64,000 nucleotides of DNA from Pecten maximus (GCF_902652985.1 NC_047021.1:28334001-28398000); one strand, 5' to 3'. Counted from the first letter of the stretch, positions 1 to 13,820 are shown. Notes: generated from the letters alone by a model not told the origin. Translations and numbers: made by a program.

Positions 1-519
1 TATCACATGAATCTAACCGTATGCTGGTGCCTCCTATCCCAGGGCTATCTCCTATACACAGAATGAGTTGATACTGACGACTTATCAGCTGTATGATGTT
101 ATGTTTATAGCAATAAGTCTATACCGTATGGTATATATCTATCTCCCTAGATCTTTTATCAACTAAACCAAAGTACAAGCGGGTACGCAGATAACGCGGG
201 TCAACTGATAGTACGGAGTCAGGGTACTCTAGTAAAAGTCTGGTTATCTTAATAAACCTGTTATGTACTAATCTTCATAGAATATTCACTCATACTAATA
301 TTCTATGTTTCCTGATACATGTTCAGCACGTGAAATGGAAACAAATCTAATATGCCGCCATAACGAACCTAAAGCTAAGGGGTATACTGTTTCTATTTTC
401 ATAAAAAGCTACAGTCCCAAATCATTATCAGTGTTTGATATAATTATATATAGATATCGCTCATCCTGCTAAAACCAATATATATTCGTATATAATCCAT
501 ACGCGCGTGAACAACAAGA

Positions 520-3209
520 ATGGCGACCATAACATATTTACTCCTATTGTTTAGCGTACTTATTGGTAAGTTCTATTTCATTACCCAGTTTGGCGTACGG
601 AAGTTTTTGGACGATTTATAAACCGGATATCCGTAAAGACATGGTGAACCAAGTCAAATTATACAAACTAGGATAGGTCGAAATACACATACAGTGTTAC
701 ATTTGTATATTAGCATGCAATTTCTTGCTATGATAATTTTTTTTTCAGATTTCAATTTTCATGGTTATAGCAAGCCACAATATGATTTCATAATGACCTG
801 AGGAAATCGTTTTTTTTTTTTTTTTTTTTTTTTATCAATTCCTATACGTGTTGGTTGCTATTTGTAAAAGGCCCTTCCGACCGGCTGACAAAAATTGACA
901 AATTTATCGGCAGTGCATGAATTATTTTATATTTGTGACAGTGGTATAATATTATAACGTTGTTTTGTGTTCCTATGTCAGCTACACGTTCTATGTGTGG
1001 ATGTGAGTGTATTAATGACAAATGGCTGGATTCAGATAATTCAGGTTGTCTGTACTGTCGCTGCTTCATCGATCATATATCTATTGTAATTTGCATGCAA
1101 TGAACGACATTTTGGATCCAGCACCTATTTTAGGTTTTAGGTTGTTATCACTAACTGTTCCCTTAACATATAGCCAGTTTAAACATAAATGCGACATCTT
1201 TTATTCTCATTCAGCTGATCTCCAATGGCGGTCAATGTGTCACATCAATACACACGTTTATATATATAGGGTTGCGTAATGAAAACAGAATTGTCGCAAA
1301 CAAAATAATTTTCAATGTTTCAATGTTATTATGATTTATAACGATGTTTAGTTTAAACATGTTGACAAAGGGATTAGTCGTTAAGTGTTTCCAACTTATT
1401 AGTGACTTCTCCCGTAATACAACACACAATTTCCACATGATGTCAAGAAATATCCCATTGCGTGGAATACGCTAAAATATCAGTTTTCTTCATAATGATA
1501 CATAAATGCACATCGTACCATTTGAATAAAATTATATTCAATGGCTTTATTAACGAATTTCGGCCTATAACGGACAACAATACATACATATACACACATA
1601 AACATAGAGTATAGGAGTAAAACAAGACAGATTAATGGACATGGCTATTGACATTATATCTTTGCAGCATCTGTATATTCATTGCAACATCTGCACATTT
1701 ATTGAAGCACCTGTATATTCATTGAAGCACCTGTATATTCATTGAAGCATCTGTACATTCATTGAAGCACCTGTATATTCATTGCAGCATCTGCACATTC
1801 ATTGCAACATCTGCACATTCATTGCAACATCTGCATATTCATTGAAGCATCTGTACATTCATTGCAGCATCTGTATATTCATTGAAGCATATGTATATTC
1901 ATTGAGGCATCTGTACATTCATTGAAGCATCTGAACATTACAACATTGGTACATTCATTGCAGCATATGTATATTCATTGAGGCATCTGTACATTCATTG
2001 AAGCATCTGAACATTACAACATTGGTACATTCATTGCAGCATTGGTACATTCATTGCAGCATTGGTACATTCATTACAGCACATGTACATTGATATATAA
2101 AATATATTACTTCATATAATTGTACATGGCACACTGATGGTACATGACCTTTGTTCCGACAGGTGCCAAGGCCGAAGTTTGCTGGTATTGGGATGACATC
2201 CTAGACGAAGAAGACAGCATCATCTGTTACTCCGGCTGCTGCGGCGATGAATGTTGCGATGATTATTGGTGAGTCTAATTGTAGGGTTAACGAAAACTGT
2301 AGATGGAATAGGCTATTAGCAAAAATCCTACCGATTGTCTGCCTGTTTGATATATCTTTTCCTTGAAACTCTTGTACCAATGACGAGTCCTAAACGTTTA
2401 ATTATAGGTTTGTAGTGTGTATTGTTTACAATCCATCCTTTGTCCTAGTTAGACGACATCATATGTATTACAGGTCAGACGGCAGTATCGCTGGGGCAAC
2501 CATTGGCAGTATAGTCGGCGCTATTATCCTTCTCTCTATCTTCATCACCATTTTAAGGATTTGCTGTGCTGCATCACGACGCAGTTCAGGCGGAGTATAC
2601 GGCCGTCGTGCTCAAACTGCTACTGTAGTCACTGTGGCCAGCACGAGTAAGTATAACCTGATATACCAGAGTTATGTCCCTTCTTTTCACTAATAAGATT
2701 GTTTTACATATAGTTAGTGGCGATTGTTAAGTGGCTTGATGTAAGTATACAAGTAGATAAGAAATTGTATTCAGAGAAAAATTAAAAAAAAAAAAAACAC
2801 CAAAAAACAAAAAACATGAAGTTTGATAACAGGCCATTTGAGCCCGAGGTTTGTTGTAGATTTACCACCAGATTTATAGTTTTACAAACAAGCAAAAATA
2901 GCTTATGGCCACATGCAGATGATGATAACATAGAGTACTCCGAAGCCCTTTGATATTATTTTAAGCTATTTTTCCCCAGTGACTATCACGCAAATATAAC
3001 AAAAAATCATGACATTTTATAAACTCTAAACTATTTTTCTGTTGATAGACGCGTCGAATAACCTGGTTGCCACTCCTTACATGAGATACCCTCAGTCCCA
3101 GCTGATGACGAGTCCAGTGGCGCCCCCTGCCTACGAACAGGTCGTGCAAGATGGAGCTCGTGGTGGGATTGTCAACCCTAACTATCCCCAGGGTCCTCCA
3201 AAGTACTGA
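520..3209 (+). CDS. Cysteine/tyrosine-rich protein 1-like (CYYR1/Shisa/WBP1-type) single-pass membrane protein, 4 coding exons
   Basis: Exons 520-565, 2163-2268, 2474-2646 and 3049-3209, all GT-AG with compatible phases. Translation: signal peptide MATITYLLLLFSVLIGAKA, Cys-rich ectodomain (VCWYW...ICYSGCCGDECCDDYW), TM helix (IAGATIGSIVGAIILLSIFITIL), juxtamembrane CC, and a Pro/Tyr-rich tail with PPAY and C-terminal PPKY motifs. Confidence 0.85.
1340..1420 (-). mobile_element. 3' tail fragment of the CR1/L2-like LINE family
   Basis: The minus strand reads GGGAGAAGTCACTAATAAGTTGGAAACACTTAACGACTAATCCCTTTGTC...GTTTAAACTAAAC, matching the 3' end of the LINE at about 42108-42190. Confidence 0.7.
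1662..2092. repeat. 20-bp minisatellite (about TTCATTGAAGCATCTGTACA) in intron 1 of the CYYR1-like gene
   Basis: About 20 tandem copies are visible directly. Confidence 0.95.
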
Positions 3210-3816
3210 CGGAATAAACATATCGGCTGCATTACTAATGTAGTTGATTACTACTTACATTTCTTTACAAACTCGTCCCACTGACTTGTTCATTCGTTAC
3301 TATATTGAATTCTGGCCATGCCATCATTCCGGGGACTCGCATTATGGGGTGCCTAGAGAGTAATATCATTATTATATTATCCTTAATTGTTTGGTTTCAT
3401 CATGCGAAATAAATATCATGTATTATAAGCTAAAACAGTATTGTTTTTTATTCTGTTACACTTTTGTCAACCTCAATACAGGGATACTTTAATTTAACTG
3501 TCGTCTTTATAGCTAGATATTCAAACGAAAGCTGTGACACAGAACAGTTTCATTAAAGAAATTAAATCTGAAGAGCATACAAACTTGCTGCATTCAAAGA
3601 CAAATAATTGCCAATACGTAAATATATGAATTACATTCGCATTATCATTCAATATACATGAAAAGCATTTGATGTTGCTGTCCGAAACGTTATGTGGAAA
3701 CCACTGAAAGCCTGTCTATGTGTTTAATAGCAGAGTCTTTAATACAACGGCTCACTTTGGTTGAATATAAAATATCATTTTAATATGATCTCAATCTTTG
3801 ATAGTAATAATATAAG

Positions 3817-5517
3817 ACTAGATTTGATCAAGATCAAAACACGGGATTTCCAAATAGAAAATGATCGCAGACATGTTCTCGTTCTGACGAACGCTTTTGT
3901 TCGTTTTACCTACGTTTTCTCTTCGTTTTCTCTTCGCTTCCCTTCTTTAACTGATCAATCGACTTTCAACCCAGTCTGTGACCTTGAACTTCGAATGTCA
4001 AGGTCAAAGATTTGCGTGCCTTTTGTAGCCAGTCATTCATACTATAGATGTGCCAATTATCAAGTCTGAGGGTGTCAGACTATCGGAAGAAAAACATTTC
4101 AAGTGTAATTGTAGGATAATATTTAATTTTGGCAGTAAAATGTTTTCCTTAGTATTTTCTCTGAGATATAATGATGTTTTGACCTTAAAACGTTGCAAAC
4201 ATCTTCAAACGATCGTTTTCTTTGATATCCGATGAAAATAAACCGTTTTAAAGAGAATTTGAAATTTTCGATTTTTGATCATTAGACCTCTATGACCTTG
4301 AACGAAGGTCAAGGTCAATGAAAAGTAATCAAGTTTGTAGGCATCCGTTGATGCTATTACTGTGCCAAATATCAAATCTGTATGTGTAAAGATATAGGAG
4401 CAGAGGGTAATTACAAAAAATGTAAGTGCATTTTTTGGGATAAATTTGAATTTTTGGCGGGAAAACGGACATTTTTCAAAGTGCCATTTCTACCTCATTT
4501 TTCATCGCACGACACTAAAACTTGCACAGTTCGTCTTCATTAATCATGCACTTTGTAATGCAATTAAAAAATAACCTCATTTTGAATTTTGAATTTTTGA
4601 CCTTGATTTGACCTCCTGCTTAGACCTTGACCTTGACATATTTTCTGATAACATATTGAAGAGAAAAGTGAGCCCCGCCAATTTACTACGAGATGCATTG
4701 ATTGTTCAAGGGAAAAAACGAACAGACAAAGAACCTGATTCAAAAGAATTTTTGTTTTATTTTATTTTTTTTTGGCTTATTTGACCTTGAATGATGTTCA
4801 AGGTCAGTGAAAAATAACTTCTTTTGTATCCACTCTTACGTTCTATAGTTGTGCCAAATATCAAGTCTGTATGTGTTTAAATGAAGGAGCTGAAACAAAT
4901 TTAGACATTTTTGCTCGATTTTTGAATTTTGGCGGGGAAAACTTTGAAATTTCAAAGTGCCATATCTTCGTCATTTTTCATTCGATCACTAATTTTTTTC
5001 ACATTCCAACTCAGTGGTTCATGCTCTTTTATATGGTATGGTACACTTAACTCGATTAGAGAATTTTATTTTTGACCTTACTTTCAACCCATAGCGAGGT
5101 CATGACCTTGACACTTTTTCTGATAACATGGCATGGAAAAAAGTTAGCCCCGACAACGATCTGTATGACACACTGAGCGTGCACGAAATAGAACGATCGT
5201 GCATGAAGTTATGGTCGTTCAAAGAAAAATCTGTGTTTTGACCTGTGACCTTGACCTTTGAACTTATGATCACAATAATGTTAGACAAATCACCAGCTCG
5301 GTCGTTGGGTACCATGTAATGTAATACGAACGCTTTATTTGTTTGCGTTTTTGCTGGAAAGTGTTCACAGCAAGTGTTAAGAATAATAAGAATAATAAGA
5401 AGAAAAAACATAACAAAAACAATAGTGATTTCCATCCGAAATGGGAATCCCTAATAATAATAAGAAAAAACATAACAATAACAATAGTGATTTCCATCCG
5501 AAATGGAAATCCCTAAT
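3817..5517 (-). mobile_element. Non-autonomous Helentron (HINE/DINE-like), family A, copy 1
   Basis: The minus strand starts in T-rich sequence with an inverted repeat (GATTTCCATTTCGGATGGAAATC), followed by a (TTA/TTC)n microsatellite and internal ~480-bp repeats rich in TGACCTTGA. It ends with subTIR GGAAATCCC and hairpin TTTGATCTTGATCAAA-TCTAGT. The terminal ~60-bp segment is duplicated. Confidence 0.7.
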
Positions 5518-7089
5518 AAAAATTATATAAATAGCCTATAATGTGTCGGAGTATTGTGGGAAACACATTCACAATAAGATTTGATGATGCTTTTGGATTT
5601 TGGCGGGAAAAAAAGGATTTAAATGTCGGCCAATGAGGTGATGTTTCACTTGATTCAAGTCCCTAAAGAATATTGGTTTTTGAGATACGTATGGATTTTT
5701 TGGGGGAATTGATGCTTGGAGTAGGTACTTCATTCATACGAGAGTAAACTGTTTGGTCTTAAGATTTGCTAAACAAATGCATACATTCCAATTCAAAATA
5801 GAAAGCGTAGTAATTTAGTCATGTGCAAAGGGATTCCCCAGCGGGAATTTCCCTATCGGCTGTTCATATCGTGGTTACTGTTCGAAGGCAGATAACTCTC
5901 GCGTTTCAGGTTTCGTGTAGGGGAATGATTTGAACCATATCGTATAAGTACTGTCACTTTGGAAAAGATATCGGAAGTTCAAGTCCTTATTGAATGTACA
6001 ATGTGCTTTATCTATTCATTTGTCCTATCTCTTTGCATATAGGATCGGGCATATATGACTACTGAATGTTATGATAATGCTGTTGTTGTTTTTTTTTCTT
6101 GAAATTATTAGACTCTGACACCGACACGGTCTTCGTTGTTTGGGAGATATCTCGAGATAAAAACCAAACAAATCTTGATCATAATCAAATTATATCCATA
6201 CAGGTTTTGCTGTTGGCAAATGTTGCATATATGCTGATAGCAAAGGGACTTTACACAAACCAGAATACATAATGTGGGTTTGTATGCGTGCCTGTGTGAT
6301 GCATATGTATGTACTATTTGGAATCTCTCCCGGCGCATGAGAATGGGGATTCTGAGCTCAAGGACGTAGCATTTTTCAGTTCCTAATGACAATCTGACAT
6401 CAGCTGCAGAGGCAAATAAATACGAAATCTATTTTATACGATCAAATATTGTGCATTCCATTGAAACCAAATAGCCTAAAATTAACATGACACAATTACG
6501 GTAACTATGATTAATTGTCTCTGATGGAGGCATATTGCTACGTTTCGTATTTGATGAAAAAATATCCTACTCATATCCATAAGAGCCTGTGGATCGTACA
6601 CGTAATGCATGTACTACTTACTCCCTGTATATGCGTGGCTCAGGACGACAATGTCAGACGACAGTCCACTCGGGTATCTGATTATGATGCATATTTGCAT
6701 ACAAGTTTCACACGGATGCGAGTACATTTATACCTTGTTATTTTATTATATTATGATAGTACACACATTTAGAGGAACTCATTTTCTATATGCGCACACA
6801 AGTATCGAAAGACGTCTCGCGGAATTCGTAGAAAGATAAGGTAACAACCTTAACACGTGTGCTCGACAACAGTGGGGCTTGAGTACCGATTTTTTGCAGT
6901 TTCCCGAAAACATCAAAGAAACCAATTGCAATGTTTTCGTTAGATTATCAAATGGATCTTAATTAACATAATTATGCATTATATACAATGATCACACAAA
7001 TACTTTTAGCGGGAATTTAAAAGCAATTCCTGCTTTGTAACTTTCGGATAAAGTAAACTAAATGGTCAAACATCCTATGTTATCTCCTG

Positions 7090-7480
7090 CCATGTAGCGT
7101 GTATCCTACACCATGTATTGTGTATCTCGTACCGTGTATAGTGTTTACTGTACCGCATACCGTGTATCCTGTACAACGTTTCGTGTATCCCGTACAGTGT
7201 ATTGTGTAAATCGTACTGTGTATCATGTATACCGTACTATGTATCTCCTACCAAGTATCGTGTATTTCGTACCGTGTATTGTGTATACCGTACTGTGTAC
7301 CTCGTACCAAGTACCGTGTATGTCGTACCGTGTTTCGTGTGTACTGTACCATATATTATGTATCCCACACCATGTATCGTGTTTACTGTATCGTATGTCG
7401 TGTATCCAGTAAAAATATCGTGAATCCTGTACGGTGTATCGTGTATACCTTACCGTGTATCGTGTATACCATACTGTTAT
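7090..7480. repeat. Degenerate low-complexity array (GTGTATCGTACC-like units)
   Basis: Reiterated CGTGTAT/GTACC words; source of the spurious Y/C/V/R-rich ORFs on both strands. Confidence 0.85.
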
Positions 7481-7529
7481 CTTCGGGTATTTTTTTTTGT
7501 GTTTTTGTGTTGTTTTTTTTTTATATAAT

Positions 7530-10220
7530 TTGACCTTTAAATGTTGCATACATCTTCACAAGAGCATTTTCTTCTATAGATGATCAAAATACACAGTTTT
7601 TAAAAGAATCTGACATTTTCGATTTTTGGTCATTTGACCTTTGTAACCTTGAACGAAGGTCAAGGTAAATGAAAAGCAATCAAGTTTGTAGCCCTTCGTC
7701 CAAGCTATCACTGTACCAAAAATCAAATCTGTATGTGTAACGATATAGGAGTAAAACGAAATTTAGTGCATTTTGGGGACACATTTGAATTTTGGCGGGA
7801 AAACCAACATTTTTCAAAGTGCCATTTCTACGTGAGTTTTCATCGTACGACCATGAAACTTGCACAGTTCGTCTTCATTTATCATGTTCTTTGCAATGCA
7901 TTCAAAAAATAAACTCATTTTGAATTTTAAAATTTTGACCTTCATTTGACCTCGTTCTAGGCCTTGACCTTGACATATTTTCTGATAACATGTTATAGAG
8001 AAAAGTTAGCCCCGACACTAAACTACAATTTGCAGTGATTGTTCAAGGAATAAACTACGAACAGAAAAAGAGCCTGATCGAAAAAAGATTTTAGATTTAG
8101 TTTTTTTCGATAATTTGACCTTGAATGAAGGTCAAGGTCAATGAAAAATAGTAATTTTTTGTAGCTACTCTTACATGCTATTAGTTGTGCCAAATATCAA
8201 AGTCTGTATGTGTATAAATGAAGGAGCTGAAAAAATTTTAGGTCATTTTTTGCTCGCTTTTTGAATTTTGGCGGGAAAATTTAGAAATTTTCAAAGTGCC
8301 ATATCCCCGTCATTTTTTATCCGATTATCAAAAAATGTTCATATTCCGTCTCAGTGCATCAAACTCTATCGTTTTTAACGGGAAAAGTTCTTCGATTGAG
8401 ATTTTTTTTTCGATATTTTCTTTACCCCTTGGCGAGGTCATGACCTTGACATATTCTCTGATAAGATGGTATGGAGAAAAGTTAGCTCTGTCCCTGATCT
8501 ACATAACGCACTGAACTGGAACGAAATAGAACGATCCGTTACGAAGTTAGGATCGTTCAAAAAACGTCCAAAAATGTTCTATTTATAGATCTGTGACCTT
8601 GACCGTTGAACGTATGAACATAAAATTGCACCAAGAACGACAACTTGATATTGTCTATCATGTACTTAGATATGAACGTTCTATCTGCATTCGTTTTTGA
8701 GAGATTTTGGTCACAAAAAAAGTGTTAAGAATAATAATAATAACTAGATTTGATCAAGATCAAAACACGGGATTTCCAACAAGAAAAAGATAGCTGACAT
8801 GTTCTCGTTCTGACGAACGCTTTTGTACGTTTTACCTACGATTCTCTTCGTTTTCTCTTCGCTTCCCTTCTTTAACCGATCAGTTGACCTTCTAACGTTG
8901 CAAACATCTTTTAAATAACGTTTTCTTTCACATACGATGAAAATATTTGGAAAATTTGAAATTTTCGATTTTTGATCATTTGACCTTTGTGACCTTGAGC
9001 GAAGGTCAACATCAATGAAAAGCAATTAAGTTTGTAGCCCTTTGTCCAAGCTATCACTGTACCAAAAATCAAATCTGTATGTGTAAAGATATAGGAGTAA
9101 AAGGAAATTTAGTGCATTTTTGGGACAAATTTGAATTTTGGCGGGAAAACCAACATTTTTCAAGTGCCATTTCTACGTCATTTTTTATCGCACGACCATA
9201 AAACTTGCACTGTTTGTCATGATTAATCATGCGCTTTCCGATTCATATAAAATTTTTTAGTAATTTTGAATTTTAAATTTTTGACCTTGATTTGACCTCA
9301 TGCTTAGACCTTGACCTTGAGATGTTTTTTAATAACATGTATAGGAAAAAAGTTAGTGCCGACCATGATCTACAAGATGCACTGATTGTTCAAGGAATCA
9401 AACGAACAGAAAAAGAGCCTGACTCAAAAGATTTTTTTTTAATTTTAGTTTTTTTTGATAATTTGACCTTGAATGAAGGTCAAGGTCAATGAAAAATAGT
9501 ATTTTTTGTAGCTACTTTTACATGCTATTGTTGTGCCAAATATCAAATCTGTATGTGTATAAATGAAGGAGCTGAAAAAAATTTAGTCATTTTTTACCGA
9601 ATTTTGAATTTTGGCGGGAAAAACTTCGAAATTTTCAAAGTGCCATATCTCCGTCATTTTTCATCCGACGATCAAAAAAAGTTCATATTTCGTCTCAGCA
9701 CATCATACTCTTTTGTTTGGGATGAAAACAGTTTTCAGATTGAGAATTTTTTTTTCGATATTTTCTTTACCCCTTGGCGAGGTCATGACCTTGACATATT
9801 CTCTGATAAGATGGCATGGAGAAAAGTTAGCTCTGTCCCTGATCTACATAACACACTGAACGGGAACGAAATAGAACGATCCGTTACGAAGTTATGACCG
9901 TTCAAAAAACGTCCAAATTTTTTCTATTTATAGATCTGTGACCTTGACCGTTGAACGTATGAACATCAAATTGCACCAAGATCGACAACTTGATATTGTC
10001 TATCATGTACTAAGATATGAACGTTCTATCTGCATTCGTTTTTGAGAGATTTTGTTCACAAAAAAAGTGTTAAGAATAATAATAATAACGAGAATGACAT
10101 AGAACGATCGTGTATGAAGTTATGGTCGTTCAAAGAAAAATCCGTGTTTTGACCTGTGACCTTGACCTTTGAACTTATGATCTCCAAAATCTCACACTAA
10201 ACACCAGCTCGGTTGTTGGG
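7530..10220 (-). mobile_element. Family A Helentron/HINE copies, nested or tandem
   Basis: Same TGACCTTGA-rich ~480-bp units as 3817-5517. A second element terminus (ACTAGATTTGATCAAGATCAAAACACGGGATTTCC) starts at 8743, directly after the (AAT)n tract of the preceding copy. Confidence 0.75.
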
Positions 10221-10299
10221 TTTTGTCACGTGGATGAATAATTATTGTCTTATTGTATTTTATGGGTGAAGAATTATTACAAGTATTAGATAATTTACA

Positions 10300-10860
10300 G
10301 ATAGATTTGGCAATCCGTCACCATTTCCTAGGAGGAACAGTCTTATCAGCAAGTGCATTCTGAAGTTTATTTGAATATTGTTCCTTTGCATTTCTTATCA
10401 TTAAAATAGTTTCATTACGAATCATTCGAAATTTAGTCCAATCTTGGTCTCTGGTTTTTTTTTGGCTTTCTTGTGAATTCTATTTTTTTCTGAGTTGTAA
10501 CCTAATTTCATTAGTCATCCAAGGTTTATCATCAGGGCGAATTATCACAGTTTTTTGAGGAATGTGAGAATTAGTGAAAGAGTGTTATTATCAGTGTTAG
10601 AAAGTAATTCATCCCAATTAGTATAGAGTAAATCAGTTTTCAGACCATTCCAATCAGCTTCCTGAAATTTGTAGATAGTTTTCTTGTAGGACTGTTTCTT
10701 AAGAACTTTAAAGGAAATGCTTGCTAATATCGGACTATGGTCACTACATAGAGGAGATAAGACTTCAGTATAATTGAATATATTGACATTGTTAGTGAAA
10801 AATATGTCAAGCATAGTAGCTGTAGAATTAGTGATACGGGGAGGTGCATGGATTATAATG
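10300..10860 (-). pseudogene. Decayed LINE ORF2 fragment (end of APE endonuclease and linker)
   Basis: Minus translation includes PRITNSTATMLDIFFTN...SDHSPI...YKFQEADW and, after frameshifts, DDKPWMT; these parallel motifs in the LINE at 38297-41723. Confidence 0.75.
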
Positions 10861-11399
10861 AATAAATGTCTTTCACATGTTTATCTTCAAAATGAACAAT
10901 AATATCACTGCATCAGTGTAATAAGAAAAGCTGCAAATGTAATTTGTTTAATTGAGTGAAAATTACAAAATTATTTTCTTACTTTTTTTGCAGGGAACAT
11001 CTAATTGAAAATATTTTTTTTTTTTTTTTTTTTTACATTAAGAACATTATAAACATTTAAAACAGACTTACGTAATTGATTATTATAGTAACCAAATAAT
11101 AAGTTCAGTGTAACCTATGCATGCACGTAGAAAATGTAAATTGAAACAAAATCACTGAAATCAAAACATGTTTGGATCCATGCAACCTGATCCAGGAATT
11201 AATTGTTTTTCTTTAATTAAACTGATTTGCATATCAATTCCTGAAATTTGAAATTGGAAGATTGACAGGTATGAAATTAAACAGTAAAAAATAATTAAAA
11301 CTGAACTTGCATTGATACAGGTAATATTTTGAGTGGCTTTATCCGTCGGTTGATAATTAAGAAGAAAAACAATATTTGATTTCAGAATTAAATTTTTAA

Positions 11400-12920
11400 C
11401 TTTAGAACTTACATCCAGCGTACAAGGTGAGTGAAACTGGGCCACTTTTCTTTTCAAATCGTTGGATTGTCTAGATACATCAATGCAAACCCACACCATT
11501 TTAGTTTTGAATACACAACAGTTATAGGGAAATCCTTGTCTCTTAAAAGTTGTTGTATTAATGGTTGAATGACAGATAAATATGACCTTTCATTGTCTTT
11601 ATTTGCAGGGCTTTTTGAAAGTTCAATTTGATGTTATTTCTACATAATGAGGATTTGATCAGAACAAAGTCATCGATCAAAAGATTGCATGTGATCAATT
11701 GAATGGTTTTGTTACTAGCAGTTCAAGTCAGTACTAAAACTTTTGCTAAGAATGGATTTTGAAAGATATGCATATTAAATTTATTTCACATGTCTTCACC
11801 CATGTATTAATATGTTTTGACTTTCGTTATGATAAAAATATTGTACATTTTGTAATTTATGTATTTGTGAAAAACACATTTATATATATGAATGAAATCA
11901 GTACTCTGTACATGACAGAAGTTATTCATGTTTGTTCCTTCATAAATTCGATAACCTGTTATACAATGCGAGATATATATAAGGGCCTCTCCCATTAGAG
12001 AGGGATTTGATCCCAGGCATCACGCCATCCTTGATGAAAATATCAGGATTATATATCTCATTACAGATTGATCAATTAATCGTTAGAAACATATTGTTAC
12101 TCCCGATCAGTTGATTGAAAACATCTTAAAATGTATTATTGTATCATATACATGTACATTGTAAATGACATATTAATATAATGGAACTGCTAATTTTGTA
12201 TTTATAAATTGTAAAACTAGAATGACTGTATTAATTAGACCAACCTAGTTACAATCATGTTATAGAAAAAAAAATACAGCATAGCAATCAGACTTAATTT
12301 TTACTTAAATTATGTAATATGTGATATGCAACATGGAAATAAACAACATTGTATTTTACCATATTATTTATATATCATTATCTAACTCCTGATTATAAAT
12401 GAACTATATTACACTGACAGTATTTTGTATATGCGACTATACTCACCACTTGGAATAGCCCAAGTTTTCTCTGGCCCTGTCACCATGTCTGGTGTAGGCC
12501 AGACATGGTGACAGGGCCAGAGAAAACTTGGGCTACACTTGGAAATAGTGCTCTCAGTTTTTGTATTTTCATGAAATCTTGTCGGAATTCTTCGCCCCAA
12601 AGATGAATGCAGTGTTCTTCATCAATAAATATAAATTTAACATTATGCTGGAGCTCCTCCGAACACAACACATTGAATAGATCATTCTGCAGGAAATGCT
12701 CCGGGTGTCCAATCAAAAACGAATGTTTTTGAAGAATAAAGAAACGCCGTTCTTCAAGGTTACCTAACTTTTTATGGAGTTAAGGTTTGTCATACCTGTC
12801 TACCTGCTCGGCATTAATAGAGTTTAGTTGATTTATCAAAATAACAGCAGAGTTTTTAATATTTTTTTACAATTTCAAATATTAAAGATTTCCCATATCC
12901 TGTCGGTATGACATGAGGGA
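11400..12920 (-). pseudogene. Decayed, intron-containing RecQ-like SF2 helicase (possible AcademH-type transposon remnant)
   Basis: Minus-strand fragments: Walker A IPTGYGKSLIFE (~12910-12875), GHPEHF...FIDEEHCIHLWGEEFRQDF...LRALFPS followed by a GTGAGT donor, and a downstream piece DFPITVVYSKLKWCG...VAQFHSP (~11545-11420). Contains stops and frameshifts. Confidence 0.7.
12456..12535. mobile_element. 80-bp hairpin MITE with TAG...CTA termini and a 9-bp TSD
   Basis: Perfect 37-bp arms (TAGCCCAAGTTTTCTCTGGCCCTGTCACCATGTCTGG) around a 6-nt loop; direct repeat CACTTGGAA at 12447-12455 and 12536-12544. Confidence 0.9.
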
Positions 12921-13820
12921 CTATATTATTCCTTCTGGAAATTTCGGCTGTTCCAGTATTTGATTTGATGACGTCAGTGATAGGGGAAGCGGCAAATTTA
13001 AATGCGTCTTAAGCTTCAGTAAATAAAAAAAATATGAATGTAAATATGTATTTAACTGTTACCAAATGGTAGTATACAGTCGATATGAATACAATTTGGA
13101 TGACAGATAAATATTTCATATCACTCTAATGGGCACAGGCGACATTCTATGTAAAACATGGTTGTGTTTGTATACCCTGGTAAATTATACTAGTCAAATT
13201 CCATAGACTCAATATACTATACCTATGCAATGTATAAAATATGGTTGTGTTTGTATAATTCTTATTGTTGTTGCTGCTAAATCTGTTGACATTGTTGATT
13301 TGCATTTCGAGAATTAAAATTCAATGTCTTTCATCATAACTTGGTTTCAGTGTCCTTCATAGTTTTCCCAAATAGAATAAAACATTTTTCCTACCTACCG
13401 ACCCAGTACTCCCATTACTGGTAGGGTGGGTTGATCAATGCTAAACAAGGAATATTTCGAGGCTGGTCTAATTAAGATTAGTCAGAAACTCTGGAATGAT
13501 CTGACAAAGTTTTTAACAAGAAAGTCATTGTGACACACATCTATAAAAATATAAAAATAAACATTGTATGTTTAACTTTCTGTTGAAAACAGTTTAACAG
13601 AGTAATGTTTATTGTGTATTTGTATATGTTGAATGAAATTGTCGTGATATAAAAATACAAGTAAAGAATAAAATTCTTTAATGAACATTTGTTTGTTTCT
13701 TATCATTTTATCATCACGACAAGCCCCAGGCGATGTACTGGTCATATACAGTATTTTATTTTGGTACAAAGCGCAATTCTCTTCCTCTTGGACACGGGCA
13801 TGTGTAGTTTTATATTTAAA

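Noticed and set aside
7113-7549. Tyr/Cys/Val-rich ORFs on both strands
   Set aside because: Low-complexity repeat.
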